A program made the position numbers and the translations under genes. A stretch of DNA of 64,000 bases, taken from positions 248 to 64,247 of IMG/VR virus record IMGVR_UViG_3300020472_000017; one strand, 5' to 3'. The notes under the pieces are model-generated. The model did no database searches, had not been told where the DNA came from, and worked only from the letters and a program-made list of their open reading frames with translations. The first letter of the stretch is position 1; every line of letters begins with the position of its first letter. Shown here piece after piece: positions 1-9,000 of this stretch. This stretch comes from a virus.

Positions 1-3000
1 CACCAGAAGCAGTAGCAAAGTTTCTAATACAGAACCATGATTCATCATTATCATCCTGACCCATCTGCCAACCTGCGTCATTGTCAGTGTCAGTAAAGGT
101 CATGTATGAAGATGATCCATCTCCACCAAATGTTATTCTATGATATCCTGCACGACCATCTCTAAAGTCTGCAAATAGAGTTGCACCATCACCTTGGTTA
201 ACAATCTCAAGAGGTGATCCAGGATTGCTATCGCCAATACCTAAACGTCCATTACGGAAGTATACATTGTTGTATGATAAGTGAGTTCCATTCCAACCAA
301 AGTCATTACCATCAGTACCAAAGCGGATGTAACCAACAGAACCACTGTTTCTACCCTTGATGGCTAGAGAGTTAGTTGCTGCCTTACCTAGGTCAACACC
401 ATTAGCACCAGCAAGTTGTAAAACTCCAGTACCAGTGTTATTGAATACACCTTGGTCAGCAGTTAAATCGTTAACTGTAAGGTGTCCAGAAGCGTCTCTG
501 CGTGCGATTGTATTACCACTTGCTGCAGTAGACTGGGTGAAACCATCTAAGTAATGAGCGTCTAGCTGTGAGGAACTACCATCGTTACCTGCGTGCCACA
601 CGGTGTTACCATTAACGGTAATATCACCAGTGTTAATTCTTAAAGTACCATTTCCGTTGTTAGTGTTACCACCAGAAATGATCATCTGAACATCATAATC
701 AGGTGCTTGACCAGATGATCTAAAGTCTATCGTTGGAGTTGTAGAAGTAGCTGCCTTACCAATTTGTAATTTAGCACCTGCAGCAGCATCACGTAATCCA
801 ATAACAGTAGTAGAACCACCAGAGATTAGGTTAGATGATGTTACAGTCCACTTAGTTCCTGGGTTAGGACCTACGACATATATGTTTGCGTTGGTATTAT
901 TACCAACAAATGCGATCGTACCTGTGACTAAGGTGTAGATTTCACCCGATGTGTGAGTAAGTTCACTAACACCTGTAGAATCAACTACGATAGAACCAAT
1001 ATTATTTGTTGCACCTACATCAGAGTAGATAGTGTAAGTACCGCTTGGGTTAATGTTACCGTTAGTACCAGTTCTTGCATGATAATCAGGAATGTATAGT
1101 GTATACTTCAGACCACTATCGTTAAGATAGAAGTTCTCGAAGACCATCTTATCCTGACCAAGAACCTCAGGTAAGAATACATCACCCATAGGTTTGTTGA
1201 TGCCACCCTGAGAAGCACCGAAGTTATAACCAGACTGATACCATAGACCTTGATGTCCATCTAGTTGATCAGCATCTAATCCACTTGCAGCACCATCATT
1301 AGCACCCGACCAGACCTTATTCCAGTTACCATATACAGCATTACCACCAGAGTTACCTCTAATCCAAAGGTTGTCATTATCAGTCCAACCTAGTTGAATA
1401 GCAGCAGAACCTGTTGCTTCTCTCCTATAAGTTGTAATACCGTGGGTTGAACCACCATCATTAAGACCAGTAGCAGCATTATTTCTTAATGCAGCTGCAA
1501 CACCATTTGCTGCCTGAGCAGGTGATGGGTTGGAAGTTAGAGATGCAGTCTCGTTGAATATTCTGTTTGCAGTGTCTGCAGTACCAGATATAGAGATGTT
1601 GTAAGTAGTATTTGCAAGACGTGCAGGATCAATAGTACCAGCGGTTAAGTTACCAGCGTTCTGATAGAATGGACCATGGTTGCCGTCTAGCTTATCAGCA
1701 TTGAGTTCAGATCCTGGTCCTTGGTCAATAGCAACCTGACCATTAGCATCAATTAAGAAACCACCTTCTGATTGGTTACCAATTGCTTGGTTAGCAACAT
1801 CCTTACGGAAACGGAATACACCGTAGTTACCATAGACAGTAGCAGCAGGTGTTAAGTTATCACCCTTCCTAAGGTCAATTTCAATGTTACCATAAACACG
1901 GTTGATTGTACCTTTAGTAGCAGCTAAGATTGCTCCAGAACCACCACCAAATTCAGTTGGGATAGTTATAGAGAAGTCTGCAGTATATCCAGTACCAGAG
2001 TCAGTTACGGTAGCAGATGTAATAACACCACCAGATACAATGTAAGTTGCTCTTGCAACACCTGCATCAGTGATACTGACGTTACCACCTTCTAGTGGTA
2101 AGTTCTGATATGTACCATTAGTATATCCTGTACCACCATTTGTAATGGTAATAGTATCGATATAAGAACTATCAGTTACAGATCCACCAATAACTACACA
2201 ATCCTGAGTAGTTGGTCTAATTGCTTGTAGTGCATACTCCCATGATGAATCACCACGTAAGAACGTGTAAGAGTTAGATACACCTTTACTTGCTAATCTC
2301 TCTGGGTCAACTGTACCAGCAACGATGTTAGAAGCATCGATGTTAGTTGATGTTAACTGTGTCCAGTTAGCAATGTTACTACCAGAAGTATTAATTACCC
2401 TGTTGAGGTCAACAATTCTCTTTCTGGAAACGTTACCAGAAGTACTTGCTGATGAAGCAGAAGTTACTGTATATTCACCAGAGTTGACTAGAGTAATAGA
2501 GTAGAAGCCATCAGCACCTCCACCACTTGTGAAATCTAAGTATGCTAGAGCACCATTAGAAAGACCGTGACTGCTCTCAGAAACTGTGATAGTTGTACCA
2601 GTCTGAGAATACGTACCAGTTCCTAAGTTTGCAGCTGCACCATCAAGAATATAATCAGAAGCATCAAACTTGATGTTGTTAGCAATATTAATGTTAACTC
2701 TACCTTCAATCTGAGCAGCAACAACTGCGTTATTGTTTGTAGGTGAGTTAGGTGCGGTTACAGTTGGCTGTGTATAATATCCAGAACCAGCGTTAGTAAT
2801 AGTAACCTTAGTTACAACACCACTTGTTACGTTAGCAGTAGCAGCTGCCTGTACACCAGAACCTGAATCAGGTGCTCCAATTGTTAGAGCAAAGTCACCA
2901 GTATAGTCTCCACCACCATCAGTAATAACGAAGTTGTAAATTTGACCATCGTTATAAGATTGAATAGTACCACGAGCAGTCGTTGTACTACCAGCTACGA

Positions 3001-6000
3001 TAGCACCATTAGTGAATGAATAAGCTGAATTAGGCTGGAATGCTAAGAACTGAGATTCTAAGTCATTCTCCAAGATATAGGAAACAGCAACACCATCAGT
3101 CTCAAATGAATGAGTACCAGTACCTTGACCAGTTAAATCAATTGCTTGGTTGTTAGTTGCGTTAGACTTAGTAGTAGCAAGCTTAACATTGTTATCATCT
3201 ACCTTTATAACGAAGTACTTGGTGTTAGTTGAAAGGCCACCAATTGCAGTAGTGCCTTGTGTATATGTTAATCCATCACCATCATTTGAACCATGACCTG
3301 TAATAGTAATGGTCTCAGTACCTGTATTGACACTTGCAGGTGCTACGCTGAATGTTGTAGCAGTTGTTTGAATTGCAATGTCACCAGATTTTGCATCCTC
3401 AATAGCAAGTCTCTCTGCTTCAGATGTAACAGAGGTGATATTAAATGGACGTAAAGCAGGTATCTGATCAATGTTAATCTTACCTGAAGACGTTAACTGA
3501 ACCAGTGCAGATGGAACTGCGTTTGTTGAATATGGCTGGTTGAGGTATGGTCCTAGATTGTTTGAAATATAATCTTTAACTGATGCCTGAGTAGGTAGTA
3601 ATGCATCAGATGCGAATGTACCACCAAGAGTATCAGCGTCAGAGAAACCTGTAATCGTGATGTCACCACCAACGATCTTAATAGATGATAGTTCAGAGAT
3701 ACTAACAGTACCAACGAAACTAATGTTACCTGTTCTGTTGTAGATAGTAACGAAATTACCAACCTTGAAGTCACCAAATTCGTTAGTACCTGAGGTGTAA
3801 ACCTGACCGAAGGATTGTTCAGATGCTTCGTATGCAGTACCTAAACCAAATCCACCGTTCTGTGGTAGAGCAGCATAGGTGTTACCAGATCCAGCGTATT
3901 CCCAAGTATGAGCAGATGAGTTAACAACAGATGGTCTGTGGAATTTAATTGATTTACCTACAAGACCGCCTAGGTTACCATCAGCATATCTGTAACGAGT
4001 GTTAGGACTTGCATCTAGCGTGTAGTCCATCGACCTGTTGGTCGTGATCTTAGCAACAATCTGAGTTCCTGGAGAACCACTAACAACCTCAGTTTCAAGA
4101 ATGATGTGCTCAACAGCAGGATCAGTAGGTGATACATCACCAATTCTAATGATATAGTCTTCAGTAGGAATCTGTGTTAGAGCTGTACCACTAACCTGAA
4201 TGACCTGTCTTCCAGATTCAACTTGGTTACCATCAACATCATTAGTAATACTGTCAATGACACCAATGTCAAAGCTGTATGGGTCTGCTCTAAATCCACT
4301 TGCACGTAAAGCATATGTACCAAAGTTAGAAGCAGAGTTGGTTATGGATGCATATCCACCAGACTGGCAAACAACACCATCTTGACAGAAGATAGCGAAC
4401 ACAGAAACGACCTGTGTATATCCATCGTTAGTAATATTATATGCAGTACCACCAAAGGAAATGATAGTGAATGCGTTTGCAACCATCGACTTACCTTGTG
4501 GGTCGAATTGTGCAATGGTGTTACCTTGTCCGTCTAGCTTAAGACCAGGACGAGGTACGTTTGGTGTAGCGCACTTAGCACCGTCAATATCACAACCAGA
4601 ACCTCCAAGGAATGAAATAACAGAAGAGTTCTGAATGAATGGAGATGCCTCAATAACAGGCAAGTCTAAGAAGATATTGAGTAGTGGGAATGAGAACTTA
4701 GCAGCACCCTGTTCAGTAATAACTGGATCAGGATCTGTAACAGTACCGCTATATGCAGTGGCACTTGATAGAACATTGTCCAGAATACCCCAATTGGTAG
4801 TGAGTGCAGAGATTACGTTAGCACACTCAGGTGCACTTGAATCTACTGTAATAGATCCATTAGAAACAGGAGCAATCTTCGAGAAGAACCCTGGTTCAAG
4901 ACTATTTCTTATTGCTTTGATTGATAACTCTTTAGCATATGCAAAAATTGCACGAGTATAATCAACCTCTTGAGTAACATGAGATATTGCACCACTACTA
5001 ATGTATAGGTTAGCAGCTTCAACTATCTTGGAGTTACCAGTATAACGAAGGTCGAATTGGAATGCTTTAACGATGTGAAGAATGTCATCAATACACTGTT
5101 GATCTCCAGGTGAAATCGTTCTTGTTGCTGGAAGACTACCATAGCCACCTGCAGAGGTTCCTAGGGCAGTTGTAACAGTGGTAAAGAATGTTGTAACCGC
5201 AGATGCTACATCAGTACATGTAGGTGTAGTAGCTGCTGTATCTGTAGCATGTGTAAGACTATCTGTATTGATTGCTTGTTCTACAATTGAGAACAATGTA
5301 TCAATTGATGATTTAACTGATGTACATCCACCAGGTTCTACTGTAATTGTAAGATCCTTAGTCTGATCAATACCATGCCAACCCTTAACGTTGACTGTTT
5401 CGTTAGCAGCAACCTGTTGAGCAATTTCACTTGCCATCTCAAAGACAGCACGAGCTTGGAATTCTTCTCCATCTACATGAGGAGTTCCAACAAAGTATCC
5501 TGCATGATCGTATACAGCATCATTACCACCATTGGTTAAGTTGTATGCTACTGCTCTTAGAACGTCAGAAGCATCATCCTTACAATCTTGATTGTGATTA
5601 GGAATTGTAAATCCAGGATCAGCAATTGGGTCTGTTGATCTTGGATAGCTGCTAGTGCCACCACCACCATGAGTACAACTCAACTGTAGTGATTCTATTG
5701 CAATCTTAACTGTAGAAGTTGCATAACTAACAGAATCGGCAGCAGCAGATACAAATGTATGTGCTGTAGTATTAGTAGAAGGTATAGTAGTTAATACTAA
5801 TACATCAAAAGTATTTGCAGTTACATTGGCAATACTAATCCACTTATCGCTAATTGGGTCAGTTGATCTTGGGTAAGAATGGTTACCACCACCATGAGTA
5901 CATGTGAAGGTAAATGCATTATCTGCTAGCTTGACCCTATCACCAGGCTTAAATCCATGGTTATTAATAGTAACTGTAAGAATACCAGTATTCGGATCAT

Positions 6001-9000
6001 ACGCACCGTCAATCGGAGTGTGCGTAGTTGGAGCAGTGAGTTCATTGGATCCAACCGTTAATACAAGAGCACCTGTTGCGGGATCGTATGTTCCTGCAGA
6101 AGGTACGTAATTATTAATTGTAGAAGAAGTTGATCTCTTAACACCATTAGTTGTTGAAGATACCCATGTGTGTGCATAGTTACCACCAGTGATAACTGAG
6201 TTATTCAACGCAGACTGATAGGTATGTGTTGTAGTGTTAGAAGAAATACCAACATCAAGAGTTACTGTAGTTCCAGTTGTAGCTACAATAGGAATTGAAG
6301 TATTATATGACTTGTCACGTTTCTGCTGAATACCATTAGCAGTAGCAGATATGAATGTATGAGCATCAGTGTTGGTTGAAGGAAGTGCATCAAGAACTTG
6401 TAGATCAAATGTAGTTGAAGTTACGTTGAATACCTTCTGCCACTGATTATAGATTGGGTCTGTTGCTCTTGGATAAGACTTATTAACTTGACCACCACCG
6501 CCAAATCCACAACTAAATGTGATAGAATTCTCTGCAAACTTAACCCAGTCACCGTTTCTCATTCCATGAGCAGCGGTTGTGGTGATCTTCATAATACCCG
6601 TTGTTGGGTTATATGTTGTACCAGCACCAGCAGTATGTGAATCAACTACAGCTCTTGGATAAGCGTGTTCTGTAGATCCACCATCCTCATCACACTTGAA
6701 TGTAATAGCACCTGTTGTTAGTTTTACATGCTCTTTAACATGCTTCAGACTATTAGCAGTTGCAGATACAAATGTATGAGCGTCACTAACTGATAGTGCA
6801 ACACCACCAGTACAATCAAAGTCAAATGTATTTGCAGTTACGTTCCATATATTAACATACTTACCGTCAATTGGTTGACCTGCTTTTGGATAAGACTCAT
6901 TACCACCGCCACCATATCCACAGCTCATCTGGATAGTACCAGTAGCAATGTTAATCTTGTCTCCCTCTTGGAAACCGTGATCAGTGACAGTAACAGTCAT
7001 CACACCAGTGGTGACATTCAATGCAGCACCAGAGACCGTATGACTAGTAGGAGCCGAAAGATTGTGATTACCAATAGTAACTTCTACAAGACCCGTTGCA
7101 GGGGTGTATACAGCGTTTGTAGGAGTGAACGTAACAGGAGGAGTAGTACCTACGTTAATATCGAAAGAATTCTGTGTAACATTAGTAACACTCTTCCAAA
7201 CATTAAGAGCTGGATCAGTCGATCTTGGATATGTGTGCTTGGAGAAATTATCATCCATAGCACAAGTAAAGGTCAATGAATCCTGTGCGACCTGTACTTT
7301 CTCACCAGCGGTAAATCCGTGGTTAGGAATTGTAAGAGTTAAGACACCTGTAATTGGTTCATATGTAGCACCAGTTACAGTATGCTTCGTGAAACCTGTG
7401 TCATTATAAACGACTGCTCTTGTAACACAATTGCTAACTGAAGATACCCAAGTATGTGGAGTAACATCAGTATTTGCTTTACCAACATTAACTTTAATAT
7501 TATTTGCGTCTACTCTTCTAACACCCATCCACTTATTGTAGAATGGGTCGGTTGTACGAGGATAATCTTTCTGTGTGGCATTACTGTCTAGTCCACAAGT
7601 AAACTTCAATCCATCAGCTGCGATCTGAAGTCTGTCCCCATCTACAAATGGGTGACTTGCAATGGTAAGAACCATTTCACCTGTAATAGGATCATACTTA
7701 GCACCAGTTGGAGTAAACTGATATGCGGATACACCTTGGAATGTATGAGCAGTTGTGTTTGTTGGAGTAGTACCGTTTAAAGCATTGATAGTAATATCAT
7801 TGCCAGATACTGCTTCAACTGGTACATCAGTCAAGCTAGAGATGAAACGCTCAACTGCTTCTTCTGAAATAAACTTATTATTAGTATTAAGTAGATTTGC
7901 AGCATCCTGAGTTAAGTTAGGAACAGTTCCATACGTACCCCTATCTAAAGTAATAGTCTCATATTGCTGAGCTGCAGTACTATGAGGATGTCTTAGGATT
8001 GGCAGATTACGGATAACCTTTAATGCATAATCCTTTGCATAGTTAAATGCTTCTACATACCTATCTTGATTACTTGTAGTTACCTGAGTGATGAAGTAGT
8101 TACAAGCATCATATACTCTGTCATTACCACCCCATTTAAGGTTGTGATATAAGGACTTCTGAAGGAAGTCAGTAATATCATCAGTACAATTTGAAGTATT
8201 GCCAGGAACGTTATATCCACCATTAGCAGCAAGCATTCTCTTAACTGCTACCTCAGATATCAACTCAGCGTTGTGAGCGAGAAGATCTGCAGCATCAGCT
8301 TGCTTATTATTAGCTGGGAAACTATTTGGAGTTCTATATGGTTTCCTTATATCAGTGAATGTACCATCTGTTCCAGTGGTAGCATTACTAACAATATTTT
8401 CACCAATTTCTAATATAAAAGTTCTATGGTCAACAATATCACTAACAGCCCACTTACCATTGATACCAGCAGTTCCACTACCAGCAATCGTTACATTAGC
8501 AGCAACACCAACATTAACTGTAATTGATGAAGCAGCATCTACAGCGGTAATTGCAGTTGCTGTATTATATACTGGATCACTAGATCTTGGATATGTGTGA
8601 GATGTTTGATGATTATCTCTCGAACATGTAAAGCTTAATTTTCCTGCACCAATTGTTACAGTATCAGCAGTTGTGAAGGTATGAGCACCAATGGTCATTA
8701 CCAACTCACCTGTTACTGAATTGTATGTGGCTGCAGTTACATCCTTCTGAACACTACCAGCAGTTATTGTGATAGCATTGGATGAAGTACCACCATTATA
8801 GGTGTGAGTATGATTTCTAAATCCTCTGAAGAGGTTGTGTCCTGTATTAACTTTAACTGTAAGTTTGTTATAGTTAACAGTCCAACTATCAATTGGATGA
8901 GCAAATGTATCACCTAATGCATTAAATGTAGTAGACCCAATTGTTAAATTGCTTGCTCTAGTAGCAGAATTTTCATGATATGATTTGACATATCCATATG

